This document shows, one piece after another, positions 44,886 to 56,000 of a stretch of DNA of 64,000 nt; position 1 is the first letter of the stretch, and each line of letters opens with the position of its first letter. The notes beneath the pieces were generated by a model. The model was not told the DNA's origin, made no database searches, and saw only the letters and a program-made list of their open reading frames with translations. Position numbers and translations under genes: made by a program. Location: positions 248,001 through 312,000 of the forward strand of contig CBFFRQ010000069.1 in the NCBI GenBank assembly GCA_965644315.1, written 5' to 3'. The stretch is from Caecitellus pseudoparvulus (Eukaryota; Protista; Bigyra: Bicosoecida).

Positions 44886-46377
44886 TCAGCCCCGGGGAGT
44901 GCTTGAGGTGCCACTCACCCCTGCTCCGCGCCGGCTGTGGTCTGGGCTTGGGCTGCCCGAGCCGCCCTCCTCGTCCGTCTCCGCCACATGCACGCCCGAG
45001 TGAGGGAAGGTGAAGGCAGGGCTTTCCTGCCCAGTGGCCGTAGTGGTAGGGGTGCCTGGCATGCCCGGCACCAGCGCGCCAGTCACAGCGTCAATCACAC
45101 GGCGCTCCTTGAAGCAGTACAGGCACTGGAAGGCGCCGGACGTGTCAAAGCGCTGCACAGTGCGCACGCGGCGCATGTCGTCCACCACCGTCACCGTCTC
45201 CACCAGGATGGGCTTCCCCGTCGCGTGGGAGGTGGCAGTCAGCAGCAGCACGTGGGCACTCTCCTCACGCAGCTCCATGTCCACATCCCCCCAGGCGGAG
45301 GTGCCCTTCTGCACCACCTTGCACACTCCGTCGGCGACGGGGATGAGCTGCAGGGTCTGGGCGCTGGCCATGCCTGCGGCGTCAGTGATGCTCTGCGTTT
45401 CTTCCCACACGTTCAAGTCGTCATCCCACTTGAGCCCGACAGCCACCACGCGGGGAGAGGCAGGTGCTGTGCCTGCAGCAGTCAAGACTTGCGCGTCTCC
45501 GTTCCACCGCCCCTCCAGGCGGTGCAGCAGACGGAACTGGAACTTTCCCACCTGTGCAATGTACACCTGCTTGAACACACGCGCTGCGTTGGCCCAAGAG
45601 TACTTCGTGCCGGGGTGCCCCTCCTCTGCTGCACTCTCGCTGCCTGGACCCCGCCGATCGTACGGCACCACGTGCGCCGCAGGCGCCCTAGCCAGCGCCA
45701 GGGACTGCATGCCGCCTTGCGGAGTGCCACTGCCCCCACCCAAACCACCCGGGCCTCCCACACTGCCACCACCTGCACCTGCAGCTCCGTAGCCGCCTGG
45801 AGGCTTCGGCGGGTGAGGCGTGCCAGTGGCGACGAACTCCACTTCCTCAGGAACTTGCGGCGTCGTGTCCCAGTCACTGCCTCCACCTGGCTTGCTTGCG
45901 TCGAAATCTCCGAGGTCTTGGCCTCCTCTGTGCCGCAGCATGGACAGGCGTGGCACGTCGCGTTTCAGCAACGTTTCTCGAAGCTCGGCCACACGCCGCC
46001 ACACTCACCGCAGGGCCGCGTACTCCTTCTCCAGCTCCACTGCCACCGCATCGTAGTCAATCGCAGCATATGCAGCCTGGAGCCGACTGCTTGTGGGATG
46101 GAGCCTGCGCGAATCAGCCGTGGTGGCCAATGCTTCTGGCTTCTCCCGCGCTGCAACACGCCGACACGTACAGGACGGCAGAGTCTTTCACGTGGTAGTG
46201 CTTCAGAGTCAGGGTATCATCCAGCACCTCTCCACGGTACTGCAGTTGAATGTGGGACCGGTTCCCGAGGAAGCCCGGCTGCCTGCGGTACGTGGCTTTC
46301 ACCAGCGCGATGGTGGCTGACGGCTTCACCGTCACCTCCACCAAGCTCTCGCTCGAGTTGCGGATGAAGAGCTTCAT
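44886..46377 (-). CDS. Ubiquitin-like domain protein with C-terminal putative beta-barrel (spliced)
   Basis: Exon 1 MKLFIRNSSESLVEVTVKPSATIALVK...LQYRGEVLDDTLTLKHYHVKDSAVL is ubiquitin-like. Joined by inferred introns to ORF 44886-46004. Confidence 0.75.
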
Positions 46378-46555
46378 GCTGACGCGCGCGGTCTGCGTGA
46401 AACCAATGGGATATCGGGTGTGCTAGCTGTCTTAGTGCAGGTCTGAGTGTTCAGTTTTGTGACCAGCAAGCGGTAGGGCGCTGGAGTCTGCCCTTCCCCA
46501 GCAAAGACTGTGCATTCCAACCCCCCTCTGCCTGCCACATGCAAGAGACACCACC

Positions 46556-48292
46556 CTACGCAACACTCCTGGCACATTGACCAATGCTCTCAAAGGTGCC
46601 CACACCCTTCCCACGCCTGACACGCTTGTTTGCAGCCAGCATGCGCTCCGCCTCCTGCTCCGACACCTGCCCCTTGTATGTGCCTGTGAAGGCCTGGCGC
46701 CAGAAGTCGTATGCCGATGTCAGCTTGCGGCAGGTCTCCTTGGTCATGCCTGGCAGGCGGTTGGTCACGCCCCGGCACTCCGAGTCAAATTCAGCCGCCA
46801 ACGTGTCTGTGTTGTACCCATCCGCCAATGTGGACGTGAACGCGACGTTCCAATCGTCCACGTTGTACGTGTGGTGCCAGTAGTCGCGGGGGTACCACAA
46901 CATGTCCCCCGGCTGGGCCACGCCCAAGACGCAGTCGGCGTCCAGGAACTTCGGGAAGCGCTCGTACAGCGGGTTGAACGTGTTCACATCGCCAGCCTTG
47001 TACATGCGGTCCCACTCGGAGGGGGGGCAGATGTGCCACAGCTTGCGCCCGGCGGCCTGGAACTGGTAGCTGCTGGAGCGCAGGATGTCCCAGTGGTTGA
47101 ACATGCCCGCATGGCGGTTGCCGATGAGCAGCATGCGCCAGTGAGACGCCTTCTGGAAGTTGTTGATCTCGGCATCCGACTCCAGCGCCCCTTCGATCCA
47201 CAGGTCGTCGGTGATCATGGACTGCGGGAAGGGCCCCAAGTCGGACATGAGGGAGTTCCACTCCTGCAGGTTCATGTTCCACTGGATGTACGTGCTGTTG
47301 GGTGTGTACAGGCTCTTCATGAAGTTGCCCTGTGTCCCCCGAGTCGCACGCAGCTCTTGCAGCGCTGTGGGCAGGGGCTGGAAGATGGGCGATACCTGCG
47401 GAGGGCGGTGGCACAGGGTGCAGCAATGTGCGGATGCAGCAGCACAGGCAGGTCCAACGCACACTCTCGCGTTCCATGTTGTGGGGGTAGAAATCCACCT
47501 GCAGTGGAGGGGAGCGAGGGCATGGCGCCTGGGACATCAGGCCAGCGTCAGCGACGTTTCACACACCATGCTCGTGGGGAACTTGGAGGAGAGGTACTCA
47601 GGGGTCCACTGCCTGTGCTTCGACTTGGCCCATGATGCCTGCTCTGTGACACCTGTCAGGATGAACGGATGCTGCCCTGTGCGGTACTTCCAGTGCTGGG
47701 GAGAGTACAGCTCCGCGAGCGGAATTCGGGGCATGGGCCGGATCTTGTGCCGGAGCTGCACCAGCTTGTCCTTGCCAGTCCACGGGGCCTGAGGCCCCTC
47801 AGGCGCAGCAGCAGGGTTTGATAGGGGTGTTGGAACAGGCACAGGCGCCCCTTCCTCTGCGTTCTCCGGTTCTGATGGGGTCGAAGTGCCGCTCTGCTGC
47901 ACAAGGTACTGTTGCAAGTCACGGAGGTTTTCGGACGCCAGCTCGTTCCCAGGGTTGGACTGCAGGGCCGCCTCGAACTGCGCCTTGGCTGCCTGCAACT
48001 TTCCCAGCCGCATCAGCGTGACGCCCACGTTGTTCATGTACTCGCTGTTGCCAGGGTCAAGTGCCGCGGCAGCCTCAAACCGGGGCAGGGCATCGGTGAG
48101 CTTGCCACTCTGGGCGAGCTTCAGAGCCTCTGCGTTCTCCGACACTGCCTTGGCAGGATCCGGCTGCACAACGACCTCGGCTTGTGACGCCCCCGTGGCT
48201 TTGGGTCTGCCATACTTCCTGCGTGCAGCCCCGGCGTGCTGCACCAGAATGGCGCACGCTGCCAAGGCCAGCGCCACCCTCAGCAGCTTCAT
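46556..48292 (-). CDS. Signal peptide + TPR + JmjC 2OG/Fe(II) oxygenase (2 introns)
   Basis: MKLLRVALALAACAILVQHAGA; TPRs (NNVGVTLMRLGKLQAAKAQFEAAL); PFILTG...WTPEYL; GMFNHWD, GRKLW and QPGDMLWYPRDYWHHTYN (HxD...H triad). Confidence 0.85.
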
Positions 48293-48484
48293 GGAGCGGG
48301 ACAAGCCGGAGTAGACCAAAAATCCACAACCGTACTTCACCTCTGTCTGCAGGTGGGCTGCAGGTTGCTTGTTTTCTTGGTTTTGCTTGGACGGGTTCAG
48401 TGCTGCGTGCCGAGTAGCCTTTGGCGTGGTGGAGTGGTGAGCGGGTTCTCCTTGCCACTTGGCAGCCGCCACAGCATTGCGAGC

Positions 48485-51400
48485 ATGCAGGAAAGCGAGA
48501 TGGAGGTAGCGCTGCGACAGTCCATCCAAGTCAGCGGGGCGTTGTTGTCCTTCCTGGACGTGTCCACCCTGCTCGCTGCAGAGGCAACCTGCACAACTTG
48601 CCGGGACAGGGTGCGGAACTTGGACAACTACCTTTTCCTTCCCCTCTTGGTCAGCGACCTGCTGCCACTTGTCCAAGTGGCAGAGTTGAATGACCTGTCC
48701 GCGGTGTACTTGCTGCAGAATATTCCCTGCCTTCCACAGTGGATTTACAGGGCCATCCGCAGTGGGAGCCTGCCGCACTACATGTCACCCTCCGAGGTGT
48801 GTGGCACATCGCACGCCCACCTGCTGGACTTGCTGCACTGGCTGCAGATATCCTTGCTGCGGCACCACAACAAGAGGATCCTCGCCCCAGCAGAGGTGGT
48901 GGCGCCAAGGCTCTTTGTAGTCACCCCGCGACCTGTGCGAGAACTGGCAGTGAGAGTCGCAGCGCTTCGCGACGGCGGACGAGAGCTGTCAGCAGCAACA
49001 ATCGCCAGTGAACCAGCTCAGCGCTCAGCTCTGCAGCGACTGGACACAGCATACACATCCATCTCGCTGGGGCGCAGTCGACCCGCTGCCCACCGAGTGC
49101 CCATGGGCCCGGGCCTCGCTTGCGGCTCCTTGCTACCTCCAGCTGTGGTCGCGCACGCAGCCCGGGCAGCGTTTTCACAGCGCCCTCCAGCGCCCCGGTC
49201 TGAGAAGCTGCTACACCCCTGGAACGCGAGCCTGACAGCACAGGATGCCCGGGCGCTCAGCGTGTTTCCGTGTGCGTACCTTCCTCCGAGCGTTCTGCCT
49301 CAGCTGGGCGGAGACGGGCAGAGTCTGCGTGACAGGCAACTGCGCCGCCTGTTAGCTGACCCCCGTGGCCTGGAGTTGAGTGCCATCCGGACTGCCATAG
49401 TGTCCGCAGCGCACTCTGCTGACTGGCCTGCGGGGACAATTGTGGCGCTTCGCCAAGCCCTGGAGGCGCACACTCTGGACAACTTGTCACTGGACCCACA
49501 GATCGGGCTGGCGGGGGTGCGCATGGGCAGGGTGCCATACGTCAAGCACAGCAGTGCGCGGGAGCTCTACAGTTCCACCATTCAGAACATCAAGGTGTCA
49601 CTACAAGGGGCGTACTACTCACACTGGCGGAGTACGCAGTCTGACATGCGTGCCTTCGTCCCGCCCCAAGTTGTCCTCGGCTTGCAGTGGCCATGGTGGG
49701 CGTGGAGCGTCCTGCAGGCGTTCGCGATGAGCTTTGCTGTCCTTGGCATGACACTTGCGCCATTGTTGTACTTTGCCCTTGCATACACGGATATCCGGAC
49801 GCTGCGGGAGGGCAGCGTGGAGATGAACAACTTCGGGCACGATGTCATCGTGGCGCTTGTGTGGGACTTGCCACTTGCCGTGTTTTCGGTGGTGGCATGG
49901 ATGCCGATCGACAGCCTTCGGAGGTTCCAGCATTGGGTTGGCTACACGAACTTCCCTCACCTGAGCAGTGCTGATGATGTAGTGTTTTGTGCATATGGTT
50001 ACTTGCTCCTCTTGCTCTGCGACTCTATCTGGAGCCTGTCAGGGTACGGAATGCTGGCCTTTGTTACGAACAGCTTCCCGATCACGGACACGCCGCTTGT
50101 GGGAGTGTCTCCAGCCATGCAGCAAGCACAGTGGGTGCCTGTGGCTGTGTGGCCTTGGCTGCGCCTCGGTGGGGCTCGCTTGGCGCCCTCACGCTATCAG
50201 CTGTACCCGCACCCAGCTTGGGGGCTCGGCGAAGACGACACTCTGATGATGTCCCCGCTTTCCGTCTTCTTTTACCTTGGCTTTCGTTTGCTGTGCGGCG
50301 TTCTGCTGAAGGCGCTCGTGGCACAGTTTTTACAGCACCTCATGACTCTTCCAGCCCGATTCCGCCGGAGGCCGCACGTGGGGTTCTGGATCGGCCACCA
50401 GACTCTGGCTCACCCCTTCATTCAGATGGTCTGTTTCGTGTTTGGCGTCCTGGCTGCAGGCTTCAACCGTATCATGCGTTTGGGCGACGATTTCGGCAGC
50501 TTGCTGGATTGCCTCCAGCACACGCCGTTCCCCACCACCTTTCCTGTTCCGTTGGTGCCACCCACAGAGAGCCCTGACCAAGAAATTTTGGCTACTGTCG
50601 GAGCCTTTGTGGGGGCGGTTGCGGGCAAGGTAAAGAACTGCACAATGGCTGCCGAGTACCCTGCGCTACTGTGGCTTGAGCTTCAGCGGGCAGAAGCAGG
50701 CTTGAGGGGTGCACTATTTGGGCTGGCTCTGGCATGTGGCGGCTTATGTGCCTGGATCGTGTGGTGTGGGGGGCTGGCTTGGCCCAGCTTGTCGAGCCTG
50801 ATTCTCTTGGCCGGCGTGTGTGCCGGCTTGGCCTGCGGAGCCCATGCTGCCTTGGACCTGGGTATCGTGCGCGAAGCCAGCGCCACGGCAGAGCACCGCA
50901 CTGGACTTGCATCGCAGCTCCGAGGGCGAATCATCCACCCTGCAGGCGCGGCTTGGCAAGGCATTGCGAAAGACACTCTGCTCAAGATGTTCCCAAGCTT
51001 CGAGGCGATCAGCGCCGCAGCTGGGGGGCGCAGTATGCGTGCAGCAATCAAGCGCAGCAAGCGCCCTCCGAACCCTCGAGCTGGCAAACGGACCCGTGCC
51101 CGGCTTCGCAAGGAGATCATGCGTGAGCGCCTGGAGGGGAGGGACAGCTCAGCCCTTGAGCGGCGGCTGCAAGAGTGGACCGCGGAGCACGACACCTTCA
51201 CTCCGTCCCCCAGAGAGGCAGTTCGTGGCGTCAGCTGCCGGCTGGAGGGAAAGCTGACTCGTGTCACAGTCAGAACAGCCGTGACCGGCATGGGCATGCT
51301 GTGCGTGTTGATGTCGATGCTTCTCTCCAGTGTGGTGCCAGCGCTCGTTGGCGGCAACTTGCACACAGCGATCTCGACGCCCAGCGCCCCTCTTCCTGCT

Positions 51401-52972
51401 GTCATGCAGCATGGGTTGCGCTGCCCCATACACAGCATGCATGACTGGGTTTTGGCACACGCCCCCAACATTCCAGCTCCCCCGCTTCCTGAGCTGAGTG
51501 AAGAGGTGCAGACCTGGTTGACTTGGTCTCGTCAAGCATGGCGGGCGTATACTGAGGCGGTAGACGAGTGCTTTGAGTTTGTATGGCTCCCCCCTCCATA
51601 CAAAAGTATATCTCATGCAGTGAAGCGATTTCCTACGGGGATATTCAGGAACTTTGAGCCCTCCGCTTGGGACCATCCTGCGTTGCCGCGGCGGGGCTGG
51701 GCAGTGCCAGGCTTTGAATGCGATGCCGAAGCACCTCGTGTGGTCTCATGGGAGCAACTGCTGCTCCCGGAGTACTTGTCGGTGGCCCAAATGCGCCCCT
51801 TGCATGAAATTCCAATGCCAATGCGGCCACGCCGACGTATGGCTCCTTCACAGGAGTTGCTGCGTATGCTGCGCTTGCGCCGCGCATGGAGCAGGAGCGC
51901 TGGCACTTGCCCCGTGGCTGCGAAGTGTCACTGGCCGACTTCGTATGGTGGTCGTGCTGTTGCCAGTTTGGGCGGTGAGGTCCCAAGCAAGGCGCCGCAA
52001 GTTGGCTGGTGGCAGTTCATCGACAGCTACCTGGGGATTCAGCACCACCTTGAACGTACATGGACGAACCTGAGTGGTCTATGGCACGCACTGGGTGTGT
52101 ATCCAGTGCCAGGATGGGACGTTGAGCTGCCAAGCACGCAGGAGTCATGTGATCTCCCCCCTGACTGGGGGTCGTACTTGCCAGTAGCTTCTTTTGCGCG
52201 TGAGCGCTTCCTGCAGTGCCGAGCAGGCGCAACGGAGCGAGTAATTGAGCACACCCTGCTGTTTGACGCACCGAAGGCTCTGCTCGATTTGCGCATCGTG
52301 CTCCTGTTCTTCCTGTTCTGCAGCCTGCTCACGTGTGGGATGGGCATGCATGAGCAGCATCACCACCCGTTCACGCAGCACAATCACCCATTCATGTCGC
52401 TTTTCACGCATGATGCAGGGTCAGTTGCGTTTGTTGGCTGCCTTGCCTCCGTCGGGATGGTCCAAGTTGTCTGGGCACTCTACACGCAGTCACCAACCTG
52501 GTCGTTCTTGGCGCTATTTGTGCTGTCCATGTGCCTATGTGCTGCGGCCATCGGCCTCTTCATTGCTTTCTTCAGCGCGACCATTGACTTCATTGAACAG
52601 GGTCGGATGCATGACCTACTTCGCAGGGTTGGCCTGGATCCCGGAGATGTTGTGGAGTGGATCGGCTTTGTCGTGTTCATCGTGGCAGCTGGATTTGGAG
52701 GTGCCTTGTTGGTTTGCATCGTGGCTTGTGGGGCAGGTGTGATAGCGTGCTTGCTGGCGTCCGTGTACGAAGCATCAGTCGCAGACCCAACTGGCTTTGT
52801 GTGTCGGCTGTCCTTGGATCCATACAGCGCCACGGAGCTCGAGCAAGATTTGACCTACTTTTTCCAAGTAGTACTGCGATTCTTGCTCGGCGACTTGCAG
52901 CGCTACTCCATCCCCCTGGGCGACCACTTTGTGCACGCGACCGCTACCCTGACCAATGACAGATTCAGTTGA
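48485..52972 (+). CDS. Large multipass membrane protein with N-terminal F-box-like motif
   Basis: Intronless ORF of about 1495 aa. LLSFLDVSTLLAAEATCTTCR is F-box-like; many hydrophobic segments follow. Confidence 0.7.
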   Translation: MQESEMEVALRQSIQVSGALLSFLDVSTLLAAEATCTTCRDRVRNLDNYLFLPLLVSDLLPLVQVAELNDLSAVYLLQNIPCLPQWIYRAIRSGSLPHYMSPSEVCGTSHAHLLDLLHWLQISLLRHHNKRILAPAEVVAPRLFVVTPRPVRELAVRVAALRDGGRELSAATIASEPAQRSALQRLDTAYTSISLGRSRPAAHRVPMGPGLACGSLLPPAVVAHAARAAFSQRPPAPRSEKLLHPWNASLTAQDARALSVFPCAYLPPSVLPQLGGDGQSLRDRQLRRLLADPRGLELSAIRTAIVSAAHSADWPAGTIVALRQALEAHTLDNLSLDPQIGLAGVRMGRVPYVKHSSARELYSSTIQNIKVSLQGAYYSHWRSTQSDMRAFVPPQVVLGLQWPWWAWSVLQAFAMSFAVLGMTLAPLLYFALAYTDIRTLREGSVEMNNFGHDVIVALVWDLPLAVFSVVAWMPIDSLRRFQHWVGYTNFPHLSSADDVVFCAYGYLLLLLCDSIWSLSGYGMLAFVTNSFPITDTPLVGVSPAMQQAQWVPVAVWPWLRLGGARLAPSRYQLYPHPAWGLGEDDTLMMSPLSVFFYLGFRLLCGVLLKALVAQFLQHLMTLPARFRRRPHVGFWIGHQTLAHPFIQMVCFVFGVLAAGFNRIMRLGDDFGSLLDCLQHTPFPTTFPVPLVPPTESPDQEILATVGAFVGAVAGKVKNCTMAAEYPALLWLELQRAEAGLRGALFGLALACGGLCAWIVWCGGLAWPSLSSLILLAGVCAGLACGAHAALDLGIVREASATAEHRTGLASQLRGRIIHPAGAAWQGIAKDTLLKMFPSFEAISAAAGGRSMRAAIKRSKRPPNPRAGKRTRARLRKEIMRERLEGRDSSALERRLQEWTAEHDTFTPSPREAVRGVSCRLEGKLTRVTVRTAVTGMGMLCVLMSMLLSSVVPALVGGNLHTAISTPSAPLPAVMQHGLRCPIHSMHDWVLAHAPNIPAPPLPELSEEVQTWLTWSRQAWRAYTEAVDECFEFVWLPPPYKSISHAVKRFPTGIFRNFEPSAWDHPALPRRGWAVPGFECDAEAPRVVSWEQLLLPEYLSVAQMRPLHEIPMPMRPRRRMAPSQELLRMLRLRRAWSRSAGTCPVAAKCHWPTSYGGRAVASLGGEVPSKAPQVGWWQFIDSYLGIQHHLERTWTNLSGLWHALGVYPVPGWDVELPSTQESCDLPPDWGSYLPVASFARERFLQCRAGATERVIEHTLLFDAPKALLDLRIVLLFFLFCSLLTCGMGMHEQHHHPFTQHNHPFMSLFTHDAGSVAFVGCLASVGMVQVVWALYTQSPTWSFLALFVLSMCLCAAAIGLFIAFFSATIDFIEQGRMHDLLRRVGLDPGDVVEWIGFVVFIVAAGFGGALLVCIVACGAGVIACLLASVYEASVADPTGFVCRLSLDPYSATELEQDLTYFFQVVLRFLLGDLQRYSIPLGDHFVHATATLTNDRFS

Positions 52973-52999
52973 GCTAGGCGCGGCGGCTGCGTATTGTGG

Positions 53000-53011
53000 T
53001 CAATGCATTGA
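53000..53011. promoter_or_regulatory. Palindrome TCAATGCATTGA, candidate bidirectional 3'-end signal (F-box gene / TTL-like gene)
   Basis: Perfect palindrome in the 92-bp gap between convergent stops. Confidence 0.55.
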
Positions 53012-53064
53012 ACAGTATTTGCATTCGTACATGCACACTGACTCGTCAAATAATCAGACACCCC

Positions 53065-56000
53065 TCACCCACGTGGGCCAGGGCGAGGTCCAGGTGAAAG
53101 CGACTGCGGCCTGCGTGGGGGGCCGCGGGGTTGACCTCCAGAGGTTGGCACACTGTCGCCCCGGAGTGACTGAGGACGGCTTGGCTCCCCGCGCGCAGGG
53201 CTCCTTGGTCCCCGTGGCGAGCCCCTGGGGCTTGTCCCTGCACTGGGAGGCCCTCGAGGCGAGCCCCTGGGGCTTGCCCCTGCACTGGGAGGCCCTCGAG
53301 GCGAGCCCCTGGGGCCTGCCCCTGCACTGTGCGGTCCTCTTGGCGAGCCACGTGGACCAGCTCCAACAGGCCGAGCCGAGGAAGAAGTGGGAGCGGTCGG
53401 TCGTGGTGGTGGTGGAGGGCGCTGTGGCTTTGGCCCCACCATCCCCGGCTGTGGCATGCCAGACTCCTGAGGCGGGGACTTGCGCCCAGGCAGCGTTGCA
53501 GTCTGCCGTGCAGCTGCAGCAGGAGCCGGGCAAGGGGCTGATGCTGCTCGACGCTGGGAGCTGGCGACAGGCTCCACGGTGGGGAGCGGCTGTGGAGATG
53601 CCACAGACGCTGGGGACTGGGGCGGTGACGGGCTGCGAGCCCGGGTGGGGCTGGAGGGTGCAGCGCCTGGAACATTGCGGCCTGTACTCGCAGTGCCGGG
53701 CCGCGTCGGCGCAGGTCCGGCAGGCTGCTCACCATGCAGGGTGGCTGGGGGAGCCAGGCGGTTGCCCTGGTACTTGAATGGGTCAAACCCGAAGCGCTGC
53801 CCCGAGGGTGGAGCCAGGGTCAAGCCGCCCTTCACGGCCTGCATGCCTGTCTGGGGAGTGACAGCGCCCTGTACTTGCCGCGCAGGCGGCGCAGCCTGCT
53901 GCGGGGAGGAGGGATGCTGGGCCATGCTGCGCTGGGCAAACCGTGTGGCGGCCGAGGGGCCTGTGGGTGAGGGAGGCGGCGAGGGAGGGGGGCCCCCTTC
54001 CGAGGCTTGCTGCGCCAGGCGTCGCTCACGCGCCTCGTGGCTGCGCCTCGCAGATTCCTGCAGCAGGCGTTGTTTGGCGGCAATGCTGGCAAGGGTGTCG
54101 GGTCGGAACTCCTGCTCGTGTGGCATGGGGCTGGCGCGGAGCTTGGCAGCCTTGACTGCGGCCAACTTGGCCTGGTGGGCCACGTCCAGTTGCAGCAAGA
54201 TGGGGCCCATGTCCACGCCGTGGTGGTTGGGCGCTGGAGGCTTCTTGCCAGGGGCCTTCGAGGGCTTGGGCGCGCCACTTCTCACGTGTGCCGGGGCAGT
54301 GAAGCGGTGTCTGCCTGAGGACACGGTGGCGCCAGGTTCTGCGGAGCCCGGCTTGGCCTCCTGCAGGGGCTGCTGGCCTCGACCGGGAGGGGATGCCGCT
54401 CGAGAGGCTTCGGCCAACACAGCAGATGTGTAGCCGCGCGTAGGAAGGGGAGGGGAACCTGCTCTGGTCCGTGGCGCGCCCGTGATGTTGCCCAGGATGT
54501 CCCTGGTAGTCATCGTGGACATGGGCAAGTCCCCTGTCTGGGCAGGGTCCGCTCCACTGGCGGTGAAGGGCAGGCGGCGAGCTGCGCTGGGCGGGGACGT
54601 TGCCTGTTCAGTCGCCCCTGCTTCATCCTCGCTGTCTGGTTCGACGTGGGTGACAGCACGGTAGGGAGTCAGGGACGCAGGGGGAACAAAGAGCACTTGG
54701 TGAGTGTGAAGGGGCGGCGGCCCCGTGCTGCTGGGCGCATCCATCGCCCGCCTCACTTCTCGTGGCTTGAAGCTGGGACGGCCGGCGTCATGGGGCTGAA
54801 ACATGTCCACAGGCACCTCTGGCTGCGTCCCCGCGCCTTGCTCTCCCTGAGCCAGCGGCTCCCACCCCGTCTTCAGCGCATACTGCGGAGGCTGCTGAGC
54901 ATCTTGCTCTTGCTCTTGCTCCTGCTCCGGAGGAGACTTCGGTAGCACGCTGTCAACGGGAGGCATGTGCACGCCTTGCAGGCCCAGCGGGTGCGGCTTG
55001 GCGGTCCCAGCGCGGTGGCTGTTCAGTGGCCACGCAGACTGGCCTGTGTTTGGGTCAGAGAAGTCGTCCCTGTGTACGACCTGGGTCCCGCTGCTGCCGC
55101 CTGCACTGGAGGTGTAAGGCGCTGGGGGGGGCTCAAAGCCACGCTGGCGCGCCCCACGGTGCACCGCGTCAGCGGTGTACACCGCCTCTGAGCGCTGCAT
55201 GCTGCCTCGGTCCACAGCGGCCCACTCTGCCATAGGGATGCGCCAGCCCATGTGCCGCACGCCCTGCCCGCCGTCAGCTTCGGAGGCGTGAGCCAGGGAG
55301 GCAGTGGCGGGGGTGGCAGCGCTGCGCCGTTTTGCGCGACGAGCCGGCACAGGGTGTGACGTCACTGGTTCCGGGGCGGGAGGGGGAGCCATGGGGTCGG
55401 CGCCAAACTTCTTCGCAGCGGCCAAGACAGCCATGGTGGTGGCCAGGCTCTGGCGAGGTTCCGCAGCAGCCTCCTCCTGAGCCTTGGCCTTTCGTCGGGG
55501 CCGCACATCCCGGTGCAGCACAGGAACCAGCAGTGCTTGTGCCGGGACAGGGCCCGTCGCGGCACCAGAGTCCTCGCACTGGACCGTGCCTGGTCGGCCC
55601 TCAGGGTGCCCGGTGGCCTGCAAGGCGCCGACGCCCCAACCTTGAGGACCACTGCGTCTGGCACGGCGCTTGGGAATGTGCCCAGCACGGCTGCGCACGA
55701 CAAGCTTGCCCCCCGCTGCCGTGTCCACGGCACGCTCGTCAGCGAGAGACAGCACCAAGTGCTGGTCAGACGGCAAGGCTTGGGAGGGTGTAGCTGTGTC
55801 GGCAGGCACCTGTGCCAGCTGCTGCATGGGACCCGCGGTGTGTGAGGCAGATGCCGAGCGGCGCTTTCGCCGAACTACTCCTGTGCTCAGCGGCACAGGC
55901 AACCCTCCGTCCACAGCCCCCTCTGGCAGGGCCAGGATAGTGGCGGGGGAAGCGGGTGCTCCCTCTGCAGGTCTTCGCTGCGGGGAGGTGGGGGGGGCAC

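Noticed and set aside
53217-53350. CRISPR-like array
   Set aside because: Contiguous 42-bp in-frame coding repeats with no unique spacers, in a eukaryotic gene.
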